Positions 1 to 11,800 of a DNA stretch of 64,000 nt are shown piece after piece (the first letter of the stretch is position 1; every line of letters starts with the position of its first letter). The notes under the pieces were generated by a model. It saw only the letters and a list, made by a program, of their open reading frames with translations. It searched no databases and had not been told where the DNA came from. The DNA is from a virus, in the IMG/VR virus record IMGVR_UViG_3300036945_001058; one strand, written 5' to 3'. Position numbers and translations under genes: made by a program.

Positions 1-2
1 AA

Positions 3-1136
3 ATTGACAACACCCCATATTATAATTTTAAAGGCAATAGAGTCTATTTGAGAAAACAACAAGAAGGTACTTATTTAGTGGAGAAATATTGTAAAGATGT
101 CAAAGTTGAATATTCCTCAAATAATAAATTATACTTGCCTTTTAAAGATGGTAAAATCTATAATGGTTGTGGGTTTGAAGTCGATAAAAGTAAAGGTATT
201 TTTGCGAAATTAAAGTATGCTACTACCACTAAGAAAGTCTTTATGTATAGAGAAAAACTTGGCGGAGGAATATCACCTTTTGTTGATTTATTTATCGTTG
301 TTGGTGGTTTGGGCGACATCGATACTGAAAACATGTTGGTAAAAAATTTACCTACATTTATTGTTGCTGATATTTTAGAAAAAGCAGGTGTTAAAGTTAG
401 AATTTATGGTGTTAGGGGTTGTGAGACTCCAGAAGAAACAATAGTATTTTTACCTTTTGCTTTAAAAGAATATGGGGAAACACTTGATTTTGCAAACCTT
501 GCATCTTTTACTTCTGACATCCGTTTTTTTAGGGTAAATCTTTGGCGTAGTTTAGCAACCGTTAGAAGAATGACTAAAAAAGCAAATGACCCAAACAGTA
601 TTGAGTATCCTTATGGTTATGGTGTTACTTTATATGGCTTTAAAGGTAATAGTAGAGATGATTTGTATGATGTTTTTCAAATGTATAAAAATTGGGTTTT
701 CAATCAAAAAGATTCTGTAAAAAATACTACGAAAATTAATGACAAAGGGTTAATGATACTTGGGGGATTAAGAAATTTAAGTAGTAGTGATAGATTAACT
801 GGGGCTAATAGTGTACAGACTTTTGCAAAAATAAAAGAAGAAGTTTATAGAATGTTAGATTATGTTGGTATGTTGTTGACAAATAACGCTTCAAAATTTA
901 TTCAAGGTATTTACGTTAGACAAAAAGAAGAACCTCAATATGCTGGCTATTCCGATTCTGATAAAAAAATACAGATAAGAAGATATTTGTCGGGTCTTAT
1001 TCGAGATAATTTGCAAATAGTTCCAAGTTTAAATAACGCTAATTTAAAGGTTTATGAAACACCTGCTGACGAAGCTTTAAGAATTCAGGAGCGAACAAAT
1101 GATTTGATAAATGCAATTGATAAAACGTTAAGTTAA
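3..1136 (+). CDS. 5'-truncated protein, possibly vWA-like (partner of a MoxR-type AAA+ ATPase)
   Basis: Frame is open back to position 3 (IDNTPYYNFKGNRVYLRKQ), so the real start lies upstream of the window. VDLFIVVGG...IVADILEKAGVKVRIYG gives a vWA-like strand/helix pattern, but there is no canonical DxSxS. Confidence 0.4.
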   Translation: MDNTPYYNFKGNRVYLRKQQEGTYLVEKYCKDVKVEYSSNNKLYLPFKDGKIYNGCGFEVDKSKGIFAKLKYATTTKKVFMYREKLGGGISPFVDLFIVVGGLGDIDTENMLVKNLPTFIVADILEKAGVKVRIYGVRGCETPEETIVFLPFALKEYGETLDFANLASFTSDIRFFRVNLWRSLATVRRMTKKANDPNSIEYPYGYGVTLYGFKGNSRDDLYDVFQMYKNWVFNQKDSVKNTTKINDKGLMILGGLRNLSSSDRLTGANSVQTFAKIKEEVYRMLDYVGMLLTNNASKFIQGIYVRQKEEPQYAGYSDSDKKIQIRRYLSGLIRDNLQIVPSLNNANLKVYETPADEALRIQERTNDLINAIDKTLS

Positions 1137-1137
1137 T

Positions 1138-1413
1138 ATGGTAGCTGAAGTAACAAAAAGAAAAAAACACTACGAAGATTTTGGCAAGTACAAAAACGTA
1201 TCTTTGAATAATCTTAAGGTTTTAAAACACGCTGAAATACCAGATATGTTTTTTATCCACGTTAATTATCACATTGGTGAGGGTGGAATTTACAAAGAAG
1301 TAGAAATACTAGAGGCATACGAACCTGAAAATGGTTGGCAAGATTTGGAAAAAAGCATGACAAAATTAGAATATGGTGCTTTTTTAGGCGATTTGAAACC
1401 AACAGAAATATAA
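1138..1413 (+). CDS. hypothetical protein
   Basis: ORF packed between neighbours in the same orientation. Confidence 0.6.
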   Translation: MVAEVTKRKKHYEDFGKYKNVSLNNLKVLKHAEIPDMFFIHVNYHIGEGGIYKEVEILEAYEPENGWQDLEKSMTKLEYGAFLGDLKPTEI

Positions 1414-1428
1414 TTTAAAAGGTAAAAA

Positions 1429-2787
1429 ATGGAATTAACAATGGACTATAAAGAGGGTAATTTAATGAACGAGGGCAATACTTTGTATTTGGTCTTATTT
1501 AAAACTCTTTACAATATGGTTATAGTAGAATTTAGCAATTATGTATTAACAATACCTTATTCTGAATGGAGAAATAAATTACCTATAATCACTTGGAAAA
1601 ATTATGACTTAACAAATAAAGATGATATTGAAAAACTCAATGCTAAGTTTGTTGTTACACTTACGAATAATTTGAATAAATTTCCAATTGTTTATAATGT
1701 TGAAATCGGCTCTGTTCTGGAATTTGACTACAAGCAGATGATACTTTTAGGTAGGACAGAAAGGAAAGTATTGACTTTTACCTTGATAAGACCCATTTTA
1801 TTTGATTTTAACAAAGCAAAGGAAAAATACATAGTATTTGACAGAATGGGTAAAACAATGGAACTACAGCAAGAATTTGACTTAAATTGGGCTGAATACC
1901 TAATCACTCCTTTTGCTTCTGAAGAAAATATTGATTGGAATGTAGTTAGAGATAGGTTGCCTTTTGAAGAGGTTGTTGGAAAAGATTTTATTGTAAATGA
2001 ATTTGCTCCTTACCCAACCGAAGAAATTACTTTAGATGATTTTTACAAAGTAATTGATTCTAAAAAATTAAATAAAATTAAAGATAAGGGTATTAAAAAC
2101 GAAATTATTAAATTAATTAAGCAGACTTTAGTTCTTGCCAAAGAAAACAATAGTATTGGTATTAAGTTGGAGTCAAAAGAGCCACAGAAGCAAACCAAAG
2201 AGGAAGTAAGGTTTAATATTGAATTTACCTATAAAATAAATTCGTCTGATAGGGATGTTTTAACTGTAAGCGAGTTTGTTTATGGAGTTGATAAAGAAGA
2301 CGCTTTGGCTAAAGCTCCAAATTACTTTTACGATATTTATGAGGGTAAAAATTATGACTTAATTTCAGTATCTTTAATCGAGGAAAGTGAGGAAAAAGAG
2401 ATAAAAGAGATAAAAGAGGAAATAAAACCTGTCGTACCAATAAATGAAGTTGTTGATGAAAATGCTGGTAAAACTCTTTATAAAATAGAGGTTGTTGTTT
2501 CCGAATATAAAAAAGACGGTGGTACAAAATACTCTAAATTATATGATGTGTATGCCGACAACCAAGATGAAGCACTTGAAAAAATAAGAAAACAAGTAGG
2601 GGAAAGCATCAAATTAATCGATTTGTATTACGATTCTGATTTGATTTTACAAGTAATACCTCCTGTTAATAAAGAAGCTGTAATTGAAAAACCAATTGAA
2701 GAAACGGAAAACCTTGAAGACTTATTAGCCCTTTATAAAATTGGAGAAACAGAAAATCTTGAAGACTTATTAAAACTATACGAATAA
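1429..2787 (+). CDS. hypothetical acidic protein with two small repeated domains and a duplicated C-terminal ETENLEDLL
   Basis: 452 aa ORF; V-x-A/G-x-D-x-x-D/E-A-L motif occurs twice; 27-nt repeat at 2701-2727 and 2746-2772. Confidence 0.7.
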   Translation: MELTMDYKEGNLMNEGNTLYLVLFKTLYNMVIVEFSNYVLTIPYSEWRNKLPIITWKNYDLTNKDDIEKLNAKFVVTLTNNLNKFPIVYNVEIGSVLEFDYKQMILLGRTERKVLTFTLIRPILFDFNKAKEKYIVFDRMGKTMELQQEFDLNWAEYLITPFASEENIDWNVVRDRLPFEEVVGKDFIVNEFAPYPTEEITLDDFYKVIDSKKLNKIKDKGIKNEIIKLIKQTLVLAKENNSIGIKLESKEPQKQTKEEVRFNIEFTYKINSSDRDVLTVSEFVYGVDKEDALAKAPNYFYDIYEGKNYDLISVSLIEESEEKEIKEIKEEIKPVVPINEVVDENAGKTLYKIEVVVSEYKKDGGTKYSKLYDVYADNQDEALEKIRKQVGESIKLIDLYYDSDLILQVIPPVNKEAVIEKPIEETENLEDLLALYKIGETENLEDLLKLYE

Positions 2788-2802
2788 TTAAAAACAAAAA
2801 AT

Positions 2803-5800
2803 ATGAACTCTACATTATTAAAAAAATACGAAACTATCGACCAATCTAAAGTGTCTGAAAAAGATAAAAAAGTATTGGAACAAGTAAAAAAACTCACGAA
2901 TGGTTTCGAGGAAACAGATGAAGCGAAAAACAAAGTTGCCGAAAAGATTTTAGACCAAATCACAACATTGAATCCTGATGCTGTAAAAAAGCCTGAAGTA
3001 GTTGCTCAAAAAGTTTCTAAAGTACAAAAGGTGGTTAAAGCCAAAAAAGTAACGAAAGCAAAAAGCACTGCAACTACTCATAAAAACAGCCACAAGAACA
3101 CTCCTGCTCCTGCTCCTGCTCCTGCCTCTGCTCCTGCAAGTGCTAATACTGCTAAAGGTTCGGGCAATAACATAATGTCTGTTGCAAAAGAAATTCAAAA
3201 AACTGGAGAATCTTGGAAAGACGCTATAGAACGTGCTAAACAAGTTCTCAAAGACCGTAAAGAACAAGTTGTTGAAAAAAAGAAAACTGAATTACAGAAG
3301 CTTTTAGCACTTGTTAAAACTAAAAAAGAACTTCAAGGCTTTGCTAATTCCGATATTGATAGAGATTCACGTAGAACTGCTTTGCCAAGAGGTAGACGAC
3401 TTTCTAAAAATGGTAATACCTATTATGAAAATAGAGAGAACCGCACAGACAGACTTGCGCCTAATTACCCACAAGATATGCCTTTGTTGGCGAGTGGCGG
3501 TGAAACCGAAAAATACAAAGCAGGTCAAAAATTTTACGACACAAGATACGATAGAGTTTGTGAAATAGTTCCGTCTAACTACGATGGTTTGGTTACTTGG
3601 AAAAGGTATAATAAATCAGGAACGGAATTTGAAAATAACGAAAAACACTCGTTGGTTGAAAATCAATTTGATTATTTAGTAAATATGGGTGCTTATCAAA
3701 TTAGCAAACAACAAATGGCTGAAGGCGGTTCTGTTTCAAATGAAAGAATGTATAATTTCTTAACAGACGATTTGAATAAATTAGAAATTGCAATAAACGA
3801 AGGCGACAAAGAAGAAGTTGAAAGATTTTTTTCTTATTGGAGTTACCATTTAAAATCTCTTGAAAACAAAAGGTACGGTGAAAAATACGGCAGAATGTAC
3901 AATTTCTTAGAAGACGATTTAGGAAAATTAGAAAAAGCAATAAACGAAGGCGACAAAGAAGAAGTTGAAAGATTTTTTTCTTATTGGACTGGTAGTTCGG
4001 GTCATATAAAATCATTAAAAATGGCTAACGGCGGTTCTATAAATATGAATAAACATATTTGGGAGGGTTGGACTGTTGGGGGGTTTATCGAAGATTTAGA
4101 ACCTACATTTAATCAAATTATGACAGGAAGTTCTTGGCAAGAACCATTTAAAACCAAAGAAGAAGTTAAGAAATGGACTATGGATAACCAACCAAACTAT
4201 AAAAAAAATATTCCAGAAGTAGTAAATTATTTCTGGGCTAGGGTTCAAAGCAAAGAGAACTACGCTAACGGCGGTTCGGTTGGAAGTGGTAAAAACGGAT
4301 ATGTAGCCTTTTATAAAGGGAAACAAGTTGATGTTTATGCCGACACAAAATACGAAGCTCAAAAATTAGCTTCTCAACATTTTAAAGCTAAAAAAGATTA
4401 CGATGTAAATGTTGTTTTAGTAGAACTTGACGGAAAGCCTTATGTTAATAAGGCTAGTTTTGCCGATGGAGGAGAAACAAACGAATATACCTTAAATTAT
4501 AAAATTGAATTTACTACATCTGGTGAAGATTCTTATTTAGAAGGTAATGTAGGTGGAGATATTATGGATTTGAGTGATGTTAAAAATATTGATACTAATA
4601 AATATTCTGCAATAGCAAAAAGTTCTAGTGTAGCTTTTGAGGGGCTTAAAGGTCAGGAATTAGAAGATGAGATATACAATCAAATGAACGAAATGTTTGC
4701 TACAAATGACAGTATTGAAGTTGATTTAGAATCGGTCGAATTTAAAGGTAATAAATTTTCAGACGGCGGTTATTTTGATAAACTAGAAGACGTTAATTTT
4801 CTATTTGAAGTTGGAGAAAAAATAAAAATACCCCAAATGGAAAATGGAAAGTTAGAATTAGTCGATGCTGAAATTATAGAACAATACCCTGCCGAACAAA
4901 ATGACGGAACATATTATCCTTTTTATTATGTAAAAGGTTTGTGGAAAAACGCAGGTAAAATGCTTTATGATGAAGAAAAAATTTTAGAATACGGAAATAA
5001 AAATAAAAATTCTTTTGAACTTGGTGGAGCTTTTATGACTGATTTAGCAGGTCATACAGGAGGTTCTTTCGGAACAGGTAATCCGACAAATTTAGATAGT
5101 TTTTCAGGCACTAACTATACAGGTCTTGTTGGGGAAACTGGCGCAATGTCAAGCGGTGAATTATTTGAAAATGGCGGTGCTATGATACAAAACCAACAAG
5201 TAATTAATGATGCTTCTCAATCTTATGTTAATTACTACTTGGGAGATGGCGCAGGTCAAGGTAGTTATAAAAAAGGTGGTTCAATTCCAAACAATTACGA
5301 AGGAAGGACAGCGGATGATGTTTGGGGAAATTGGACAGAAAAACAAAGAAGCCACTTTCTTTTAGACCATAGCGAATTACTAGACAAGGATAGGCTTGAT
5401 AATAATTTAGGTTATACAAGGACAGTTCAAAAAGACAAAAAATTCACAGAACTAACTCCGCTTACAAAAAGAGTATTGGAATCTCATATTGGAAGCGGTC
5501 AATATGCTTACGGTGGCAAAATAAACGGCAACCTAAACAAAAAAATAAAATCTTTAGCCGAGAAAAAAGGAATAACTCCTGATGAATTAGGCATTGTCGA
5601 ATACAATAAAGCTATGACTCAAGCATTAGTGGAATCTTTAACTGATGCTAACTTTCACGATGAAGCAAAAGAAGTTATCTCCGCTATGGAGAAAAAAGAA
5701 TGGTCTGACGATTTGTATAAGTCGGTATATTTCAATCCTGATGAAAAAATAAGTTCTTTTGCTAGAGAAGTTGCGAGAGAATGTGAATGGGACGGAAATG

Positions 5801-8800
5801 ATATTATAAACGCCTATTTCTTTGTAACTAAAATGAATGGTTTAAAAGTTGGGTCTGTAATTGAAAATTTGTTTTTAAAAGCGAAGCCAACGAAAAGTGG
5901 TTTCGATGGAAACATAGAGTTTAACGTTGGCGATATTGTATGGCAAAAAGACGAAAGAGGATACGCTACCGTAATAAATAATTACGGCGACCCCATTAAT
6001 GGAAATTATGGAGACGTAAGGCTTGACTCAACAGGAAACACTGGGATTTACAGTCACGACTCAAAAAGGAAAACACCTGCCACAACAATAAATGCAACTG
6101 GTTATAATCTTATCAAATTAGGAGAAAAAGGAGACACAGGAAAGTTTACAACCGAAGTTCTTGCTAAAATGAAAGAAAGTGCAAATAGCCTTATTGATTA
6201 CAGAAAAAAAGCCAAAGACAAAGATGGTATTGTTTATTACCAAGAGGTTTACAAAAGGCTTCTCGATGGCGAGTTTGATTCAATGGTTAAAGGAACTTCA
6301 ACCCAAAAAAAATACATTGACCACGATGACATTAAAACCGTTACGGTAATGTATAAAGGCAAGCAAACCGTATTTAAAGGCGAGGACGTTCTTAACGGAG
6401 CAAACTTACTAGAAGATGGCGGAGACCTAAGTAAAATTGCTTTCTATATCGCTAAACGTGACGTAGTTTCTGTAGAGCTTAAAAACGGAGAAACAATAAA
6501 GCCTGCAAATGGATATTGGATTAAGAAAGGGGCAGAGCCTCTTTTTACCCCAAGCGGAACTCCAAAAAATAAAACGGACGAAAATAAAGCACATTTTCAA
6601 GCAGATGCTTTAGGGAATATTTTTGTAGATAGTAATTTTGTTAATCAATCTAAAGGTAATTTACCAAATTCAGAATTAAAGCATTATGGCTTTGGAGATT
6701 TTTATTTAGAAACTCCCGAAGGTAATATTGACTTTATTAGAACTTCTGAAGAAAAAGAAGGTTTTGTTGGTCGAACCCATAAATTAAAAGGTAGTAATGA
6801 ATTAATAAAGAAATTAATTGACGCTATGAAAGAAAAAGGCAGGTTTGACGATAATCAAACTTTTGCAAATGGAGGGTCTTTTGCTAAAGGTGGTGCTTTC
6901 AAACCTTACGGAAAAACAAAAGGAAGATACACAGTTAATTACACTGTAGATTCTGAAAAACAGTCTGAAATTTGGAACACAAGAGAAATGGCTGTGAATA
7001 ACGCTAAAAGATACGCTAAAATTGACGAATATTCAGATGTAATGGTTTTTGACGAAAACGGCAATGAAATTGATTTTTTAGTTGAAGTTTCTTTTGCTGA
7101 CGGTGGATTATTAAACAGTCGTCAAATCGAAAAACTAGATAATGGTTTTACAATTCCTCAACTTGACAAAATGTTAAGAGAAATGTTTCCTGATTCTTTT
7201 GGATTAGCTGTTTTTAAAAATGGTAAAAACCTACTTGATTACGATTATAAAGACAAAATAAAAGGCGATAAATTAAAGCTTTATTTCTACAACAAAAACT
7301 CTCGAAGAGATTTGAATTACGAGGTTCGTCAAGGGGAAGAAAATACATATTTTGATTTTAAGTTATTCGATGAAGAACAAAATACTTATACAGGTGGATT
7401 TGGATTTAAAGACGAGGGTGATGTGGACAAAAGTTATATAACCAAATTTCTTTCTTTTTTACAAGACGCTTATCATTATCCTTTCGAGGTAAAACATCTT
7501 GTAATGGCTAACGGTGGTGGTATTTCCGACTATGGGAACAGTCCAGAACTTAAATCTTTGATAGATAGACATGAAAAATTACATTTCGATGTTAAAAGCA
7601 AGATTGCAATAGCGGTTGGTCTTGACGATGCAATTTCTTTTTATGATGTAAATTTAAAAATTAATCCTTTCAGGTTTATTGAAAGAGCTGTCTATGGCGG
7701 TTTAATTTCGCTTGACGAAATAGACAAACAGCTAATCGATTCAGCAATGGAAGAAGCAGAGGATATTGATAGTGATGATGATTTGGACGAAATTGGTAGT
7801 AGCGACTTTACTTATTACTTGAAAAATGTTTTGGAAGATGCTGGCATTAAAGTTGGATTCGTAAGTGGTAGACTTCGTAGATTAAATGAAGATGGAAGCG
7901 TAAAAGAAATTAGTAATAATTTTGCTGAAGGTGGAGAAATAAGAAGATTCAATCGACACGAACAAATGGATTCTGAAACAAGAGAAGAAATTTTAGATAT
8001 TGTTTCTGACCCAAATTTAAACGGCACTTTAACTAATTACTTATATGGTTTATTTGACGGATACGATTATTCTGAAACAGAAAATTTTAAAAAAGAATTG
8101 AACAAGTTAAAATCAAAAGGTTTAGCTTTATACAGTAGAATAATTGATGTTTACGAAAAAATCGAAAAGTACAAATTTGAAAAGTATGATGAGTACGCTG
8201 ATGGTGGAATGTTTGAAGCTCCAATTGGTGTTCAAAGGGAAGTTAAGGGAAAATTAATTAGTGTTCCCACAACAGAGCAAATATCAAAATCAGAAGTTGA
8301 CAGATTTGTAGATTACGTTTATGAAGCTTATGAATCGTACGACCAAGAAGGTGTATATCAATTTACAAAACCACAAGTTAGAAAAGCAGTCAATAAATAT
8401 TTGACTCAATTAGAGTTTCAACCTACTTGGGGAGGTGGTGATAGTTTAGATAGAGAAAGAGTTTACGAATTTCTTATAAATCCGAAACTTGACGAAATTA
8501 AAAATCCAGTCTTCGCTAACGGTGGTTTTTTTGATAACAACGATGGTTTTATGGAAGCAAAAAACGGAAATAATTACCGTTATCCAGAAAGACCTGTTAA
8601 TATTGATGTTATTGACGAGCCGATTGATTTAACAAATAATGTTAGTAATCGCACAAATAAAGTTGTTATAAAACCAATTAGTGAAGATGTAGACATAACA
8701 GGGAATAACTTAAAAGCAAAGTTAGGTCATTACCAAAAAAACAGAACACCTGACAAAATGATTGCGGTAAATCCTAGAATGATTTTATATAATTTACCAA

Positions 8801-8832
8801 ACATTAATTATGAAGAACATAAAAATAACTAA
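2803..8832 (+). CDS. giant modular polyprotein 1 (18 [FYML]xxGG motifs), probable internal virion protein
   Basis: 2009 aa ORF. Motifs in order: LASGG, MAEGG, MANGG, YANGG, FADGG, FSDGG, FELGG, FENGG, YKKGG, YAYGG, LEDGG, FANGG, FAKGG, FADGG, MANGG, FAEGG, YADGG, FANGG. Confidence 0.75.
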   Translation: MNSTLLKKYETIDQSKVSEKDKKVLEQVKKLTNGFEETDEAKNKVAEKILDQITTLNPDAVKKPEVVAQKVSKVQKVVKAKKVTKAKSTATTHKNSHKNTPAPAPAPASAPASANTAKGSGNNIMSVAKEIQKTGESWKDAIERAKQVLKDRKEQVVEKKKTELQKLLALVKTKKELQGFANSDIDRDSRRTALPRGRRLSKNGNTYYENRENRTDRLAPNYPQDMPLLASGGETEKYKAGQKFYDTRYDRVCEIVPSNYDGLVTWKRYNKSGTEFENNEKHSLVENQFDYLVNMGAYQISKQQMAEGGSVSNERMYNFLTDDLNKLEIAINEGDKEEVERFFSYWSYHLKSLENKRYGEKYGRMYNFLEDDLGKLEKAINEGDKEEVERFFSYWTGSSGHIKSLKMANGGSINMNKHIWEGWTVGGFIEDLEPTFNQIMTGSSWQEPFKTKEEVKKWTMDNQPNYKKNIPEVVNYFWARVQSKENYANGGSVGSGKNGYVAFYKGKQVDVYADTKYEAQKLASQHFKAKKDYDVNVVLVELDGKPYVNKASFADGGETNEYTLNYKIEFTTSGEDSYLEGNVGGDIMDLSDVKNIDTNKYSAIAKSSSVAFEGLKGQELEDEIYNQMNEMFATNDSIEVDLESVEFKGNKFSDGGYFDKLEDVNFLFEVGEKIKIPQMENGKLELVDAEIIEQYPAEQNDGTYYPFYYVKGLWKNAGKMLYDEEKILEYGNKNKNSFELGGAFMTDLAGHTGGSFGTGNPTNLDSFSGTNYTGLVGETGAMSSGELFENGGAMIQNQQVINDASQSYVNYYLGDGAGQGSYKKGGSIPNNYEGRTADDVWGNWTEKQRSHFLLDHSELLDKDRLDNNLGYTRTVQKDKKFTELTPLTKRVLESHIGSGQYAYGGKINGNLNKKIKSLAEKKGITPDELGIVEYNKAMTQALVESLTDANFHDEAKEVISAMEKKEWSDDLYKSVYFNPDEKISSFAREVARECEWDGNDIINAYFFVTKMNGLKVGSVIENLFLKAKPTKSGFDGNIEFNVGDIVWQKDERGYATVINNYGDPINGNYGDVRLDSTGNTGIYSHDSKRKTPATTINATGYNLIKLGEKGDTGKFTTEVLAKMKESANSLIDYRKKAKDKDGIVYYQEVYKRLLDGEFDSMVKGTSTQKKYIDHDDIKTVTVMYKGKQTVFKGEDVLNGANLLEDGGDLSKIAFYIAKRDVVSVELKNGETIKPANGYWIKKGAEPLFTPSGTPKNKTDENKAHFQADALGNIFVDSNFVNQSKGNLPNSELKHYGFGDFYLETPEGNIDFIRTSEEKEGFVGRTHKLKGSNELIKKLIDAMKEKGRFDDNQTFANGGSFAKGGAFKPYGKTKGRYTVNYTVDSEKQSEIWNTREMAVNNAKRYAKIDEYSDVMVFDENGNEIDFLVEVSFADGGLLNSRQIEKLDNGFTIPQLDKMLREMFPDSFGLAVFKNGKNLLDYDYKDKIKGDKLKLYFYNKNSRRDLNYEVRQGEENTYFDFKLFDEEQNTYTGGFGFKDEGDVDKSYITKFLSFLQDAYHYPFEVKHLVMANGGGISDYGNSPELKSLIDRHEKLHFDVKSKIAIAVGLDDAISFYDVNLKINPFRFIERAVYGGLISLDEIDKQLIDSAMEEAEDIDSDDDLDEIGSSDFTYYLKNVLEDAGIKVGFVSGRLRRLNEDGSVKEISNNFAEGGEIRRFNRHEQMDSETREEILDIVSDPNLNGTLTNYLYGLFDGYDYSETENFKKELNKLKSKGLALYSRIIDVYEKIEKYKFEKYDEYADGGMFEAPIGVQREVKGKLISVPTTEQISKSEVDRFVDYVYEAYESYDQEGVYQFTKPQVRKAVNKYLTQLEFQPTWGGGDSLDRERVYEFLINPKLDEIKNPVFANGGFFDNNDGFMEAKNGNNYRYPERPVNIDVIDEPIDLTNNVSNRTNKVVIKPISEDVDITGNNLKAKLGHYQKNRTPDKMIAVNPRMILYNLPNINYEEHKNN
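3745..3987 (+). repeat. internal duplication (2 x 96 nt, period 147) encoding RMYNFLxDDLxKLExAINEGDKEEVERFFSYW
   Basis: 3745-3840 vs 3892-3987 are near-identical. Confidence 0.9.
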
Positions 8833-8850
8833 ATTATAATAAATAAAAAT

Positions 8851-11800
8851 ATGAAGCTATTCGATAAAACAATAGACGAACAATTATTTAAACAATATGC
8901 ACTTGGTAGTGACCTCTCTAAACAAGAGGTTGTTGTTAAGATTTATAATCCTTTTGGAGCGGGAAGCTGGTATATATTAAATTCCGACCCGCAAGACCCT
9001 GATTACCTTTGGGCAATTGTTGATTTAGGCTATGGAGCAGAAGTTGGTTCTGTTAGTCGAAACGACCTAGAAAGTTATCGTGGTGAATTCGGGTTAGGAT
9101 TTGAACGAGATTTAGGTTTTGAACCTGTTAATGGAGAAGAACTCTTTAAAGGACTTCGTCAAGGTAAGTTTTACGCCAATGGTGGTGGGATTGATGATTA
9201 TTCTGATTTGTATGGTCAAGAAGTTATGGCTTTAAAAAACGCAAAAAATCAAGCGAAAAGAACGGGTTACGACTATCTTGTTTATTTGAAATAAGGAGAA
9301 ATTTCTTTTGCTCGTAAAAATGAATTTGAAAGATTCTTTGATAAAGAGGAGTGTAAAATACTATATACGATTGATGAAAAAGGAAATGCTGATAAAATCA
9401 AGTCTTATGATGAAGGCGGAAATGTTGAAGAATACAAACCTTATGTATTTTATTTCTATTACGATGGGAACGAAATGACCTTTAACACTTTAGAGAAAGC
9501 TCTTGAAGAAGCTAAACAATTAGGAGCAATGAAAGTTAGAGATGATTTAGGAGGAGAGTACTTTGTAAATTATGCTGACGGCGGAAACTTGTCAAGAGAC
9601 CAGAAATTCGTAAACAAAAGCGAAGATTATGAGGTAGAGTATTCAAAAGGCACGAATCGAAAAGGTTATGAAAAACATTCTTTTGCAGAAGGAGGAAACG
9701 TAAGACAATCTTTAGAAGATGTTTTGAAACAAGATGTTACTTTTTTAAAATTCGATAGTAATAGAGCTTACGATAAATTAGTTAGATTAAATATTCCGCT
9801 TATTAATGTTCACGATTATGATTTTAATCATTATACTATAATTGAAACTAAAAACCTTGAAAAAGTTTTAGAGTATGTAAAAAAAGGGGTAAGAATAGTT
9901 AAGAAGAAATTTGCATCGGCTGATTTGGGTTTTGACTACAGAGGGAGTATGAGTTTTGAAGATGGTGGAGATATTGATAATGAAATCTACGAAAAAAGAC
10001 TTCAATATTTAAAAATGATGAAGAACAATGAGCGTAGTGATTTGGGTAAATACCAAATAGATAAAGAAATTAAAAATATAAATATGATTTTAGAACATAG
10101 AAAAAACATAGAAAGTTCTTATTCTAATGGCGGAAATCTATTTAAAAACCTTAGTATTGAAAAACAAGAAGCAAGACAAAATCTTAAAGAAAACATTATA
10201 AAAGCATTATTTGTAGATAAAAAAAATCCAATCACAGAAGTTGCTTTAACCTATTCTAATTCTAAGTATTCAGTTCCTAATATTAATAAACAAGACATTA
10301 GAAATACGGTATGGGAGATAAACCAAACTAAAAAATATAAAAATATAATTGTTTACACTAATTCTTATGGCGTTTTGAGTTTAAAAGTAGAAAACAGCTT
10401 TGAAGAAGGTGGCTCTATCAAAAAAACAAGGCGAACAAATAACCAAATAAGAAAAGATAATTATAACAAGGAAGTTGATTTGTATAATTGGTACGTTGTT
10501 AATGTTGCAGAATTAAAAGCGGAATCAGGATTTGAACACAAAGAAGATGCACTTGATTTGCTTTCGGACTATGATGGTGATAAAAACTTTAAGGTAGTTT
10601 CTAAAAAATCTTTAAAAACTTTAGGAATTGAAATACCTAACGAAAGATGGAAATATGCTAATGGTGGAAGTTTTGACGATGATTTTGACGGAATTGCTTA
10701 TGCTAAAACCAAAGGAAAAGAAAGTATCGACTGGGATAAGGAATTAAAAGAATATGCTGGCGAAAAAGAATATCAAAGATTGACTCCACGAGAAAAAGAA
10801 GAAATAATTTCTGACCTACAAAGAGATTGGGATAGGTCTAATTCCTATGCTAATGGAGGAAACATAATAAAACCAAAAGTAGGAGATACGATATTTAGAG
10901 CTTACTACGTTAAGGATTACGATGGCGAACATTATAATGCAATTATTATAGCTGAAAACGCTGAAAAAGCCGAAGAAAAAGCAAGGTCAATCTACAAGGA
11001 TGATTTTTCTTTTATAAGTGATGGCATAAAAATAAAGAACGAAGAACAATTGTTTGAAGAAACAAGAGAAGACGAGCCAGTTTATAATTGTGAAAAAGGA
11101 GAAGAAATGAACGCAAAAGATTTAACTAATAAAGAAGTTTATGAGCAAATTGTGTCGAAAGTAGGTAATAGTATTTGGGAACAAAATGCTTTAAATATAC
11201 TAAGGAATGAATCGGTAAAGAACCCTGATGGCGTATTTAAACCTACAGGAGATTTAGACAAGTTGCAAAAGTATCTATCCAATAGTAATTACTATGAAAA
11301 AGGCGGAGAAATTGCCAAAGCAGAAATTCTCGGTTTCAGTAAAAACATAATGGGAACTACTGATATTGAAATGAGAATAACAGGAATGAGAAAACCTCAA
11401 AACTTCATTGTTTATCCAATAGGCAAAGACGATGCTGGAAGTGTTATTACAATCCAATCAGAAACAAGAATAGGTCAAATTAACTTGGTAAAAGGGGTTG
11501 GTGTAATGAGCCAAAGTCATTCAAGCGGGGCTTATTTTGTTCACTTACAAATGGATAAACTAACTCCTTTCACATTAAGCGAAAGCGACTTGGAAGACCT
11601 AAAAACAAGCGTTTTTAAAACTTCTGGTTCTAACGTTGGGTCTTCTATTGTAAAATCTGATAATTCAGGGGCTTCAAGGATTTTAGCCAAAGGTGGCGAC
11701 TTAGGCAAATACGAAGGCGGTAAGAATTTTGAAATTAGAGACTACAAAATGCTAAATATAGATGATGTTTTAGAGAGAGAAAAACCTATAAAATTATACA

